A DNA stretch of 64,000 nucleotides, from assembly GCA_012295275.1 (NCBI GenBank), contig CM022675.1, positions 15,066,001-15,130,000 on the forward strand. Reading direction: 5' to 3'. Shown in pieces: positions 40,656 to 55,786 of the stretch; position 1 is the first letter of the stretch, and every line of letters begins with the position of its first letter. Source of the stretch: Chrysomallon squamiferum (taxonomy: Eukaryota; Animalia; Mollusca). The translations under genes were made by a program, and so were the position numbers. The notes beneath the pieces were generated by a model, which saw nothing but the letters and a program-made list of their open reading frames with translations, made no database searches and was not told the origin of the DNA.

Positions 40656-43600
40656 TCTTTTAATTATACTAGTTACAGCTACTACTTCTATTTTATTTCT
40701 ACTAGTTATTGCTTCTATTTCTATTAAATATTTCTAGTAATATTTCTACTATTTATTACTATTTTTACCATTTACCTACGACTGTTTTTATTTATTTTTG
40801 TACACTTCACTTTTTTTTTTTTTTGTGAAGATTCAGCGGTAATAAAAGAAGAAAAAGATTGGAAGGTTTCTTCTCTCTTTCATCATTATTGGAAACACAT
40901 TGCTATCTGAAATATATTACTATTAATATGTTAAATACTGATAATTTCCATTGACTTACTAGCACTTACTACAACAATTACTGCCAACACCATCACCTCC
41001 CACTACTATTACTACTACTACAACGAAACCCAAACCACCGTATTATGCAGTGTGTAAATATGAACTCGTATACAATGCTATCTTTCCCAGTGTTACTCAG
41101 CACTGAAAATCGTTTTGAAACGTTTATTTAACATCTTATCACCAGGTAAATGATAATTGGCAAATGACAGAGCCACCTGCGTGGATACAGCACCTACCTG
41201 CCCAAGAATGTAGCCCTACAGTCCACGGCGTGTTGTGTGCTATGCGCGAGCACGTGTTGTTTGTGTTTCCGCTAACACTGACAGCGATAACGAAAGGGAA
41301 ACGTCTTATAAAACCGTTTAGAGGAAGAATGATTTCATTTAATGTTTGACAATAGACCGATTGGACAACAGTCGTTTAAAGTTTCATCTGTAATCCCACT
41401 GCAGGTGTTGATGTCTTAAAGAGATGACACGTAACACATTAATATATAGACTACTTGTATTTAAACTCTACTTAACCCATACATGTTCTCCAATAATAGA
41501 TACTTTTATATATATATATATATATATAGATGTATATCTGTGTATGAGCTGTATGATAAAAAAATATGTATTTATAGGAATGTATATACATATATGCATA
41601 TTAAATTATAAGACGTTTTCAGCAGATAATTTTAAAATTTTATGGATTTTATTTTTATAACCTCCAAAATAAATGAAGAAATATTTTTTGACGACCCGTG
41701 AATAAATTTTATTACTAACGTATATTAGGAGTCGATGTAAATTAAATACAGAAGATTTATTTATTTATTTATTATTAATTATTTATTATTATTTTTATTT
41801 TATTAAATCATTCAATGGGTCACTCAGGGTTGATTTTTTCTGTAGCATCAAACCCTTCAGTCTATTCTTTAAAAGTCAAAACGTTCTATCTTACAACAGT
41901 TCCTACAGAACATTCCATTAAATTTCCAATCGTTTTTTGTTTGTTTTTTCCTAGTAAGTAAAGAAATAATTGGTGTTCTACTATTTATATTTCTTCTCGT
42001 TTTGCTTATGCTGCTACTGTTGTTCTTGTTGTTATTATTATTTCTACTACCACTACTGTTACTACTAGTGTTATTACTACAACAGTTAGTCGTCTTTATC
42101 AATAATTATCGTTATTTGTATCGGTCATTATAAATTATTATTAATGTATTTTTGTGTGAAGGTGGCCTTTTTATCTGGCAAATATCTTGTAGTCTTATTG
42201 TGAACTGTTGTGCTGCTGCCAATGCGATCATTCAGTTGCGGAACAAGAACATTATCATGATGAACCGAACATGCAAATGTGAATTAAATCAATCGGACAA
42301 AGAGATAAGATTAATATATGTAATTAACTTAATACAGTAAAAACGGGCAATCAGCTAATTCGAATAATGCACAAATATTAATTGTTTAAAGTGGTACATT
42401 ATTCAGGGATATTTGTCAGTATTTTTGTGAGTGTATTAGAGATAATAATAATGATAATAGCAATAATAGTATTAATTGTCGCAATAGTAGCATCAGCAAC
42501 AGCTACAGTAGTAGCTGCAGTAGTAGTAGCAGTCATTTTTAAATAGTATTTAAATCTATGTTTAGTCTCGATCATTACTTTCATAACCCACGCCCACACA
42601 CATTAAAACATTTTTTTCTCGATCGGTACGTTTTGACAGATCATGTCGAGGGTTGCCTCTGTATGATTAAGTTACGTATTACATATACATTTTACTCGTT
42701 ATCCTGGCCTATCTTATTACCTACTACATACAAAAATACTCTCTTCTATCAAGTTTTTATGTTTCGTGATACATATTTCTTCAAAATGTTACGACATTGT
42801 CATGTGAATTTAGAAAGAGACTTAATAAAACATGACAATTTCTGTCAAAGATTTCATACATGTATATGTATGACAAAAATCACACAAGTAGTTGGAACGT
42901 CGGTGGCGACAGTATAAATCTAATTACTTAGAAATCACGGCAGACTAATTAAGAACTCTTTTGACGGTGTGAAATGCGATAGGAGAGGTAATCTTTGAGC
43001 TGGTCTGGTCTGCCAGTGTTTTGACACTTTACAAAACACACGTCTTGTATCCTCTTACCGAGATTCAACTGATGAGGCCACTCAAGGCGGCACTTTATTT
43101 GCTTTGGTTCCCTGATTGTTAAGAAAAGGTAATCTTAAACCAAATTAAGAACTAGTTATTCAAAATCGACAAGCCATGAAATTGTGCGGAAACCGCGTCA
43201 CTATCCGTATAGAGTTAGCCCCTTACTACTACTACTACTACTACTACTACTATCATTATTATTAAAACTTCGGGGAAATTATAATGTTCTGTGAAATAAT
43301 GTAAAAAGTATTTTTTACATAAATTATTTTAATCTTCCGAGAATCATCATTAATCGCAAATACAGCTTTAACAACATCAGCAACAGTACCAGCAACATTA
43401 ACAACAGCTACAGTAAAAACAACAACAACAGCAACATCAGGACATTTACAAAAATAAGAAAAATAAATGAATGTATTAATTAGTATAAAATTCATTGAAC
43501 TAGAAACAATACAAGTGTCAATTTCCTTTTTTTTTCTTTTAAATTTTTTTTTGTGTTTTTTGTTGTTGTGCTAATACTGTGAATTATTTTTGTTATTTAT

Positions 43601-44018
43601 TTATTTATTTAATTATTTCATATTGAACCAAATAGAAAAGAAAATATTTATTACAGGGAACAAAGAATGCTACAAAATGCTTGTCAAGACTGCCTTGAGT
43701 TGTCTCCCTTCAATCGATAACTTGCCAATGAAACGAAACGGATTGCGTGCTTTGTCCGCCAAGCAGCATTCATTAGCAACAACAACATCATCAACAACAA
43801 CAACATAATAATAACAAATAAAATGATGATGACAATGACGAACACCGTTCTTTTTCTATATCTCTTCATTTTCGGATAGTAGAATTCATGTAAATTGATG
43901 TTTTTGTTTTTTGTTTATTTAATCTTGTACTGTTGTTATCTTCCCTGATAAAATGAGTGAGTACTAGAGATCGTTTACAGTGTTACAGCTTGTGCTTTTT
44001 TGCTGTCACCCATTATAA

Positions 44019-44054
<36 letters not shown>

Positions 44055-44061
44055 TATAATC

Positions 44062-44115
<54 letters not shown>

Positions 44116-44779
44116 GTGTACCAATCCGTTGTGTATATTGAAAAGAGACTTACGGTGTGGTTAGCTCATGTTTGGCAGGTTCTGTAACACACGACTGTTA
44201 GGTAGTAATAACTTTCTGATTTCTCACTTTATGTGTGAATCGACAATTTCCAATTACATTGTGTATTTAACGATCTCATATTGTCCTGAGCCGTAAATGT
44301 TTCTCGACTTTTATAACTGAAACAAATCAGATACAGCTGAAATCGTCATTCAGTAAAATAATAATAATGTCTTCTTTTCTGTTATCGGAGGTGACGTCTT
44401 CTTTTGTAGCATCTGCATAGTAACTGGTAATTGGGTTTGGTTTATGTATCCGAGATAAAATGAACATTTCTGTGCTAGGAAATAAAAACTATAGGTTATT
44501 ACCAGATGTTATCGAAAAACTGACTGCAGCTAGTCTGAACACATCTTCAAATTACCATGTCACCTCTCGTATTAAATTATATCTATTGTATGTATTTATG
44601 TACATCTATGTATGAATGATGTCGAATGTATGTATGTATGTGTGTGTGTGTGTGTGTTTATCGTAGTCATATTTAGAGTAAGTAATATATTCATATAATC
44701 TCTCTCTGACGGTTTCTCCATATATATTTATCTCTGCTTTCGATGTTTCTCCATCATTTTATATCCATTTCGATCTGAC

Positions 44780-44861
<82 letters not shown>

Positions 44862-45554
44862 CTCAATGATACTAGTTAACGCGTTGTCAAGTTATGTTGT
44901 CAATGAGATCATTGTTGCGTGATGGACAGACGACAACTTTGTGATTGAAGTCAGATATCGGAGTGCTGTCGCCTAAACAACATTAAATGTGACTATCTTC
45001 ACACTTTGTATTTTCCTTCTCCATTAAAGCCGACAAAACAGCTACATGTGAAAAAATAAAAATGTTTAATGTGAGGACAAAGAGGTGGGTGAATCTTTCT
45101 GAAGCACTGATACGTCTATACTAATGTCGCAGAAATATTCCTATACTTGAGTTGCTAAATGGTGTATTTCAGAGTCTTATGATGGTATGAATAAATACTA
45201 TATGGTCATTTTGGATACTGCCATAGGAACTGTTTTGTTGATTTCTCAGCAGTATGTATTAGTGATTGATGTGACTTTCCCGAAGAATTTTTTGTTTCCT
45301 TCTTTCGTGAATTCATAAAAGTAAATAAATAAATTATAAAGTAAATTAATTAATTAACATATTTATTCATTCATTCACTCACTCACTTATTTATTTATTT
45401 ACTTGTTTTTTAATCAACATAAATAAAATAATTAGAGAAAAAAGTTAAGAATTATAAACAACTGCAACGGTTACGCGTTTTAATATTTTACACACATTTC
45501 ACTTCAGGTTAAATAAATCGTAATTCGTGTTAGTGACCAGTCTAGATTTAATAT

Positions 45555-45556
<2 letters not shown>

Positions 45557-45652
<96 letters not shown>
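45557..45652. repeat. Compound trinucleotide microsatellite (AAT)n(GAT)n
   Basis: Directly visible. Confidence 0.97.
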
Positions 45653-45653
<1 letters not shown>

Positions 45654-45934
45654 GTGATACATTTTCTACAGTTTAATAAGAGCGTTGACTTCTGTCAGTA
45701 TCGACTAAATGTTTGATTTAGGAACAACAGAAATTCATTTTCATACGACAAACTCTTACCTTTACTCAAAATCATTATTACTGATTTTGTTATTATTAGT
45801 AGTAGCAGGAGTAGTTGTTGTTGTTGTAGCAGAAGAAGTAGTAGTAATAGTGGTAGCAGTATCAGTATTATTCATTTATTTATTTATTTATTTATTATTA
45901 TTATTATTATTTTATTATTATTGTTTTTTTAATT

Positions 45935-46011
45935 TTTTTTAATATTAATAATTTATTTATTTATTTTATTTTATTTTTTTGTGCCGTTATTATTTTTTTT
46001 TTCCGTTAACA

Positions 46012-46047
<36 letters not shown>

Positions 46048-46154
46048 TTGTTTTTTTTATTTTTTTTAATATTAATAATTTATTTATTTATTTATTTATT
46101 TATTTATTTTTTTTTTTTTTGTGCCGTTATTATTTTTTTTTTTCCGTTAACAAT
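45935..46154. repeat. Local tandem duplication (taatattaataatttattt...tgtgccgttattattttt..ccgttaacaat, twice)
   Basis: The unique core tgtgccgttattat...ccgttaacaat occurs at about 45980 and about 46120. Confidence 0.85.
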
Positions 46155-47061
46155 CAACAATAGCTTAACAAATTTACACGTCGCGAACATTTACTAAAAG
46201 GTGCATTACAAATTAGAAAATAAAAAGAACAAGTGTGTCAGTGTTTATTCGGTTTACAGAAAACAGAAATAACAATTATTACTCAGTGGCATAATTTGTT
46301 GGGTTCAGGAAGCTATGGACAGACTAACAGATGAATCTGATATGGAACAGATGCTTTGAGTGAAATATCTGTGACAGAGGAAGAAGCGGTTACCATGTTC
46401 CTGTTCACAATTAAATCAAGATTACGTTTGGCACACGCCATGTTGGACAAACCTGAAATTACCACAGAGAGAAATAACAAAGTGTCCTGTGTCTCGTCGT
46501 CATACTCAGTGGTTCTGCTCTGCCTTCAATTTCACATTAACTTTTCTTTCATTTCTTTTTTAACTAAACGAAGAAAAAAATGAATAACATGGTGTGAAGG
46601 AAGTTAAATTTGGAATCGTTCAAGTGTTGAATTTCAGGTAGTTTTTGTGTTCCTTGCCCAGGGCACAAATCATTTTAGCATGACACAACAACACTGTGTT
46701 ATGTGACCAGTTATTACAGACATTTTTTACTTTTATCATCTGTTTCTGATGGAATGTAATACACAAACTGTAAATAAAAATTAGAGTAACCTTACTCTTT
46801 TAACACCCTGGAATAAAATAGCCATTAATCCTTAAATTGATTTTAAATAAAATCATCCAACTGCCTAAGGGAATCGACAGTAATAAATTAAATTACATTT
46901 CAAAGTTTTTTGCGCATGACAGTTTCATGCAGTGTAAAATTTTCGCTGTATGAGTTTTATATATATATTGTCATCATTATTATTTTATATCTTATCACAA
47001 TTATATTGCGTTAAAAAAAGTTTCTTGTCACTCTTCTAGAAATAAATATAATATAGTATAG

Positions 47062-47163
47062 TACAGTACAGTACAGTACAATACAGTACAGTACAGTACA
47101 GTACAGTACAGTACAGTACAGTACAGTACAGTACAGTACAGTACAGTACAGTACAGTACAGTA
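47062..47163. repeat. (CAGTA)n pentanucleotide microsatellite
   Basis: Directly visible. Confidence 0.97.
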
Positions 47164-48873
47164 TAGTATAATATAATATAATATAATATAATATTAAATT
47201 ATATTAAAATAAAAAATAAAAAACAATAATAAAAAAAATAATGAATTCACAGGAATTAAATAATAGGAAAGAATGACATTAGGAAAAACAGCTCAAGAAA
47301 AAAAGCCAGGCACAATGAATAAAAATAAAAAATAAAAAATAAACTGAATTTTTTAAACCTGAAATAGTACGTTGATCTGATCTATATGATCAAATTTATA
47401 CAAATCTTTACAACTGCTCATAATATTTTGTTTCAATAAATATATCTTATTCTCAACTAATTTTCAACCAGAAGTTGATTACTATATCTCTTTATATATT
47501 AAACTGTTCGTATTTTTATCATATATATCAGCTATATTGGTCAGTAAAAATATATTTATTTGTTAATTTTCTTATAATCAGCCAGATATATTAGTCATTA
47601 TAATTTATTTATTTGTTTATTTTTTTGTTTTTTATTTTTGTTTTTCTGTTTGTTTGATCTTTATTGGAAATTTTTGGTTCATTACATTTTTGATGTCAGT
47701 TACTAAAAAATATATATTTGTTAATTTTATCATAATCAGATGTTTGTAGCATTAACGTATTTATAATGTTCTTGTAAGCAGATCGCTTGGTTAGTATCCA
47801 ATACACCTGTCAATGTTCTCACAATGTTCACTTGATCATTTAAAAGTATTTATTTATTCACATTTGCATTGTTTGGTATTTCAAAAAAATGTGACATTGT
47901 TATGAGAAGTTTAGAGGTTTTTGTGTTGACGACTGAAAAAGCTGATGTTGTTGTAAGCCCGTTGCTAGTGTTGCGCCGTCCCTTTTGAGAAAGTAAAGTT
48001 TTCAAATCACCCACTGCTCCCTCGCCGGAATCTCACAAACGTTTTATAACGAAACACAGTGCAAGATACATAATTTTATATATATACAGAGATAGACACA
48101 AAGACAATTATTAAAATGTTCTGTGTCATCACTATCGCTGCTCCTACTTCTACTACTTTTATTTCTTCCACAACAGCTGTAATAATAATAATACTAATAA
48201 GAAGAAGAAGAAGAAGAAGAAGAAAAAAAACAACAACGACAATAATGAAATCAGTAATTGTTGGTTTATTTGAAACGAGAACGAATCGAACTGTATTTAA
48301 TAAAATAGATGATCATTTCAACATACTTTAGCAAAATATATATTTTTTTAAATCGATATGGCGAACATTAATTCACTATTGTGAGTTATCAGTGCACCAT
48401 AAACCAAATCAGCTTGTTGGCAGAGTGTTTCTGACAAAACACGATCACTGATTAAACAAATAAATTTTCATAGGTGCAAATTTCTCTTGGGGAAACAAAC
48501 TTTGCTGTAGGACAAGTAGCCTGACTCCAGCTTTTATTGCCTTCTTGTGCTTGCCAACTTCTTTACAAAGACTTTTAATGAAATCTCAGCAAATATAGCA
48601 CCCGAGGTGCTCGAAAACATGCAGGATGTAGCAAGTTCAATAAATCGCCGTCGAAGTGGAATTGCACGTTAATAAAATTTACGACGTCTACAACGTTCTC
48701 ACAAAATGTCGTAATTCGTGATAGTGGCCCGTCTAGAGAGCTATCACGCCCTTGAGTTAATATGTCATAACAACAACAATAATAATAATAATAATCTTGA
48801 TTATGACGATGCATTTTCTTTTGTTTAATAAAGTGTCTACTAAATTTTTAATTTGCTAATCACAGAACTTCAT

Positions 48874-48904
<31 letters not shown>

Positions 48905-49093
48905 GCAGACAATGATGACGATCATAATAAGGGGTGGAAAAGTGGTGTTACAATAATAACAGTGAAAACCGGTATTATTAGTAATAGAAGTATTAGTATT
49001 ATATAGTAGTAACAGCTGAACGATTAGAAATATCAAAAATAGTTTCCAGTTGTAGCAGTAAAAGCAGTAATCATTGTTGTAGTATTAGTAACA

Positions 49094-49417
49094 GTGGTTG
49101 GTGTTACAGTAAAAGCAGTAATCGTTGTTGTAGTACTTGTTGCTGTTACAGTAAAAGCAGTAATCGTTGTTGTAGTACTTGTTGCTGTTACAGTAAAAGC
49201 AGTAATCGTTGTTGTAGTACTTGTTGCTGTTACAGTAAAAGCAGTAATCGTTGTTGTAGTACTTGTGGTTGCTGTTACAGTAAAAGCAGTAATCGTTGTT
49301 GTAGTACTTGTTGCTGTTACAGTAAAAGCAGTAATCGTTGTTGTAGTACTTGTGGTTGGTGTTACAGTAAAAGCAGTAATCGTTGTTGTAGTACTTGTGG
49401 TTGGTGTTACAGTAAAA
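49094..49417. repeat. 42/45-bp minisatellite (gttacagtaaaagcagtaatcgttgttgtagtacttgttgct), about 7 copies
   Basis: Directly visible; accounts for the VTVKAVIVVVVL pseudo-ORF. Confidence 0.95.
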
Positions 49418-50634
49418 ATAACATTATTTGTTAATTTGTTCAGTATTTTATCTTTTTGCTTTATGTTATTTTAAATGTTCTTGTTTTTAAAATAAACCCT
49501 GAATTCAGTTATTAGAAGGAATGAATTATTTAACTGGGACAAAATTCAGTAAAAATTACAATAATCCCGTTATTTATTTGTTCTATTCTATTATTTCTTT
49601 TTCTAGAAAATAGGGATACAATATTTTAATTGAGTACTTGTATGATAGTGATTCAGTAATAAGGAAATCTCGTTTGTTTTTAAAATAACTGATTTCTACC
49701 ACACTGAAATCCTCGCCTCTTTTCTGAAAACCTGTTAATGTAGTTGTTTTATTATTGGTAATGCGTCCACTGCTATTACTATTACTAGTGCTACTGGTAC
49801 TATTGCTAGTGCTACTGGTACTATTACTAGTACTACTAGTATCATTACTATAACAATACCATTTATTACCACCATTACTACTTCTGTCATAACTACAGAT
49901 ATTACCTACTAGCTATATTACTATTGCTACACTACTGTTACTACTGTGTACCTGTTTTAATAACTAATAATGTTGCTGTTACTGCTACACCACTACTACA
50001 GCTACTATTATACAACAAAGTAGTGCTGTATTTCGATTAATACGAAAGAAACATGATCATTCACGAAATGACGTTATAGTTTGTCACTGAGGTAGTTTCG
50101 TCTTTTTGAGACAAACAGCGCTGCACGAGGTGGATCGCCGCGTAAGGTTTTGTAGTGACTGGCCAGGAATTTACAACTTGCCACTTTTTTGTGGGAACAT
50201 CTGAAGTGAAGTATATTGTACAGTTTGATTAACGGTAAGACAATTTCGTATTATGTAAAGCTTGTTTATTGTTTTGTGTATATCAATGAACGCAAGCGGC
50301 AAAAACGTCACTATCATTAATGCGGCCATTAAGCCTCGACAAAACATGTTTTATGTCCACGCTCCCGTATTGCGATAAATCCGCCACAAATTGTTATCAT
50401 ATCATAAAAGGTCATTTCTTCCACTGTAAAATCTTTACGAATAGTGAAAAGTGCATTACTTTTTAAATTTATTCGTAACTAAAATTATAACTCTTTAGAC
50501 TTTAAATTAAAGTTTAATCACAAAATATTAAAATATGGCTTATTTTACTAATAATTATGGTATCATTTGCAAATAACAGGTTTGCGAGATTTGAGAAGGA
50601 AAAAAAAGAAAGATTTTAGTATCAGAGTAAATCG

Positions 50635-50675
<41 letters not shown>

Positions 50676-51149
50676 GCGGATATAGCTACACATTACATCA
50701 TTAAGACAATCTTGTTTTCCAGTCGCGTGACCTTTGTGACACAGAATATAGTGTAACAAAAGAAAACATTTATAGTACAACAAAAGAAAACATTGTTTAA
50801 CATTAATTCTGCAAGCCCGCATTGCTCCAGATTCGACTTTAAAAAAACTTTTAAAAGATTTTTCAGTATCTCATCTCCAGAAAATATCGCTTTAGTAACG
50901 TCCGAAGACCGGCTAAGTTGATTACTGAATAATTCTGATGATCGGTGGACGCCTCAAAGCAGCAGGATAAAGTTTATTCACATTTCTCAGTGTGGAAAAT
51001 TCCTAACCGCCGAAGCGCAAACAGCCAATTGCAAATCATTTGCTGATCACGTGAGTTTTCATTCTTTAAATTTTTTAATTCATTCTTTAAACTTTTTAAT
51101 ATTTTTAAAAAATTTGTTTTTAATGAATTTTATTTATTTATTTATTTAC

Positions 51150-51199
<50 letters not shown>

Positions 51200-51295
51200 G
51201 GAAGTAAAACATTCAGCTAAATTAAATACGTTTCGTAGTTCTTCATATTTACAATTACTGTTACAGTTATTGCAATTTCTTCTGTTACGACTACT

Positions 51296-51550
51296 ACAGT
51301 AGGCCATTACACAGAAAGTTATAAGCGGGGCTGCGTAATCGACGGCCCAAAGGGTCGGTGTTGCTACGGCATGCCACACTCGAAATGTTTTGTGTTTTTG
51401 TGGGGGGGAGTTTGTCTTTTATATATGTGTGTGTGTGTGTGTCTAGAATACTGTAGATGCAGTTTCCTGCATTCTGGGAAGAACTGGCTATGAAGACTTT
51501 GGAGGGTGCGTACGCACACCACGCATGAACATTTAGCGTACGTGCCTGTA
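51296..51550. mobile_element. Probable non-autonomous DNA-element fragment
   Basis: GC-rich insert between (CTA)-like tracts. It contains ggcatgcc...aaatgtttt, gcattctg and a terminal gcgtacgtgcctg-ta, motifs recalled from common invertebrate MITEs. The left TIR is not clear. Confidence 0.4.
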
Positions 51551-52788
51551 CTACTACTACTATTGCAGCCACTACTACTAATAAAGTAACCATATTACTA
51601 AATCAAGTACTAAACACGTTTAAGTTATAATAGCTGATAGGTTTCATTGTTAACTGTAGGTTTTACTATAGTTTTAAGTAATTCTGTAAATGTATATAAG
51701 TTTAATGATAATTTGTTAGTTAATTACTGTTTATGATTAGTTAATTACGGTGTAGCTTTAAGTCTATACTGTTTAGGTTTAGCTATATAAATTTTTACTT
51801 TTCAGATTTAATTGATAAATATACATATTTTAACTAGTTATTATATAAGTTTAAATGAGAACACTACAAGTTTTACTGATAATTGAACAAGTTTTACTGA
51901 AAACTTAACAGGCTTAAGTGACTATTAAAAATATATAAAATTCCACAAAGTTCCTGTCGGAAGCGATTCATCATAAAACTATATTTGTAAATTCTAGAAT
52001 TGAGAAAAGTGAAATGTTGCTTCTCTTCCTACCCTCGAGAAGGATTAGCATGGATTAGTGAAGATTATCAGCCGTGCGACGCTCGTGTTCATGTTGTGGT
52101 ATGTTAGTTGGCGTTAATACAAATACTTCCTCACTGAACTGAAGAGCGCAGAAAGAATTCGCGTTTGTTTGAAAATCAATTTTTTCTCCGTGACATTTCG
52201 TGTTGTTTGAAGACGTCAGGCAAGTTTAATAACTTTGCTCTAGCCATTGTTTACAACTGACACATGTAACACTGCTGTATAACGAGGTAATTAGAGCCGA
52301 ACCTTACTCCGGTAATTACTTTGCAAAACACGGTTCACTGAAATTGTGCATTTTGTTTACATACCTTGAAAGACATACTTAGAAAATAATAACATTACAA
52401 CATTATGTCTATTTACAGATAGAAAGTGGACAATATTTACGTATATCGGAATGTTTATAGTACCAAGTCTCTATTTACATGAGTGTTTGCACCTTCTATA
52501 ATTAAAAAGAAACTATGGTCGATATTATTTCAAGACTTAATTTTCCAGTTGCTTTTATGAAAGATATGTTTCTATATCTACCTCTACCTTTAGATGAAAA
52601 CAAAACAGCAGTAACAAAAAAACTAAATAAAGACTTTAAAAAGTGACAAATGTTAAATGATGTTCACATATGGCATTTAAGCACACGAGAGAGAGAGAAA
52701 AACAAAAAATGTTACAAAAATCCTCAAAACAATCTCCCACTGACCTAAAATAATAAATAAAAAAAAAAAATAAAGTAATATGTAATAA

Positions 52789-52943
<155 letters not shown>

Positions 52944-55681
52944 ATAATAATAATGCTATAATTAAAAAGTAGTATTAAAATAATAATAAATAATTAAAAA
53001 TAATTAAAATAATAATAATAATCATCATCATCATAGAAACAAGGAGAATTGGAAACGTGGAAAGTAGAAAGTCTTGTTTATATATTTATATATTTATAAT
53101 TTGAAAATTTATTTAAAAGTTGAATCACATGAGAAAAAAATCTGAGAATGATATAATCATCCTCTGAGCATATAGGTTTTCCCGCGATCGTATCCTCACA
53201 TTCACAGTGAACACGCTAAATGTCCTTCAACAGTCTGATGATCTTTTCGTTGCCTGTTGTTTGGGAAAAGGTGTTAGTAAATCAAATTGTCTAGTTAATT
53301 AGCTAGTCAAAATACTACAGTACTTGTTTAAAATCCTGTTGAAAACACATTTGATAAATGGTCCTAAAACAGTAGTAAAAATGTGTGAATGACAAATGTT
53401 CACAAATGTTCTTTGTAACTTTACGTTCTAAAATATAAAATATTGCACAAATGATTTTCAAAGCCTATTCTTTACTGAAACACTAGTTTTCATACTTGCG
53501 TATACAATATACATGCACACATACAGTACATAAATATAAATACATCTGACACACCCACAGACTCACTCACACACATTTACTTCGACACGCCGAAAACTTT
53601 GAAGTTGTACGTTATTATAACTGAATCCTAGTTCATAAGTGCTAGTCAAAAATGTTTTTTTTTTTTTGTTGTTGTTGTTGTTTTAAACATGCAAGTTTAT
53701 TTAAAACTAAAAAATTAATAATAGAAATATTTTTTTTTTTTTTTTTTTTTTTTCCATATCGTCTTCTATTAGACAAGGTTAAATGTTTCTGGTTTTCAGA
53801 TACGTCACATAACAAACTAAGTTAAACGCGGGTCTACGTAATGATGCGTGTAAAAACAATAAATAAGAAGTTTGTTGTGTTTATCTCGTGTTAACACGTG
53901 TGTCTCAGCGCTAACGCTGTTTAGTATGTGCGCACTGACACGTCTCGTTTACTTCTCACCGCTTTGTACAACAGCGTGAGCAACAACAATAAACAATTTA
54001 TTTTCAGTCATCGTCAGTGTTTATACTTTTTAATTATTATTTTATTAATAATCTTTTTAAATTATTATTATTATTATTTAATATTATTATAAAAACTTAA
54101 TTCAAAAATTAAATCACTAATATACATTGCAATCTACAATTATTATTATTATTATTATTATTATTATAGGTTTTTTGTTGCTGTTGTTTTTGAGTTAAAT
54201 AATGTAAAAATTTAATAATCTTTAATAACTAAAATAACGATAATTATATAATTTCCAGTCAACAAAAACAGGGGTTTTAGAAAACAAATATATATATATA
54301 TATATATATATACATCTTCTTTCTTGTTGGTTAATTAACAATAGTGACTGTATTTGTTGAGTCTGGCTTGCACTGACGTGTATAACATTTAAACATGTCT
54401 GGATGTTCCTGTTATTTCTTCATCTCCTCCACTTTTTTCTATCAGTGCAAACATTTTATATTTTCTTCATTTGACTAATTGGCACAGTTTGTTTCTTTTC
54501 CCCAGTCTCGTTCATTTTATATTCTAAGCAACAGTACCGCCAACAAAGCAAGCCTGGTAAACCAAATCACATTTTATTTTCAAAATAAACAGAACACGGT
54601 CGGTAAAACCATATTGAGAACATTTCGACACAAAACGCGTACGCCATAAACAAGCCGGTATTTATAACGCACTGAAGGCATGGCGGTGTGTTGGCGTTTT
54701 TTCCCTCATGTACAACATGTCGGGTAGCAGCTATCATAAAATTTGTTCTGATCGTTTGACCACACAGCACTGTATATACAGATAATAAAGTGGTTGGTAA
54801 ATAACAGTAATAGTAGTGTGAGAATCTCTCGGTTCTGTCTGTTGAGTTTCTAGAAAAGTAAGTTTTATATATCATTACTATAAAATTGTGTATAATTAAT
54901 CTTTGAAATGAGTTATACCTTTATAGAAAAACAAAGAAAATAATTAATTTAAATATTTTATAACAGGGTTCGGTTATATTTGTCGTTTATTGTGTGTGTA
55001 TGTTTCTTTGATATTTTATATTCACTGTATTTTATTCAATAACTTTAACATTCATTCAGTAATTGTTTTGTCGATCTTTTTCTTCTTTCTCTTCTTCTTC
55101 TTCTTCTTCTTCTTCTTCTTGTTTTTATTGTTGCTGTTGTTTTTTTTATTATATTTTTATGACGATGACGATGATAGAGCGAAAAACATTATTTGAAAAT
55201 AATAACAATAACAATAATATTAACCGTAGCAATAACAATAACAATGATAATGATAATGATAATAATAATTACAAAATAAAGAAAGAAAATAATATTTAAA
55301 AATATATCTCGAGTACCTTATTCAGTTTTCTCGCGAAAAACAAAATCACGCATTTTGCATGATTGTTTGTATTGAAAAATACATTCCTTTTTATTTTATG
55401 ATGGTAGTTCATGCTTCAAATAAATTAATATATAAAGTGGTGTTCGGAGCGGTGAAATAAATATTAAATGTTTGTCTGTATTAAAAAATAACAGTAAAGT
55501 CCAGTTTGATGTTTAATATTAACAATACCGCAAAGGAACTTTTATGTTAATTATTACTTATTCAGTTTGTTTTCAAAGTACTCGTTAAGTGTGATGAATA
55601 CTAGTGGGAAATTAATTTGATAATGGACATCAGCGTATTTATAGAATATTTATATTTGTGTTTGTATGCTTATGAGTGAAG

Positions 55682-55786
<105 letters not shown>

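Noticed and set aside
46300-46500. Possible LINE relic (LWTD...TIKSRLRLAHAM)
   Set aside because: Similarity to the RTE ORF2 motifs is too faint to support a call.
49094-49474. 126-aa Val-rich membrane-like ORF
   Set aside because: It is a translation of a 42/45-bp minisatellite and has no ATG start.
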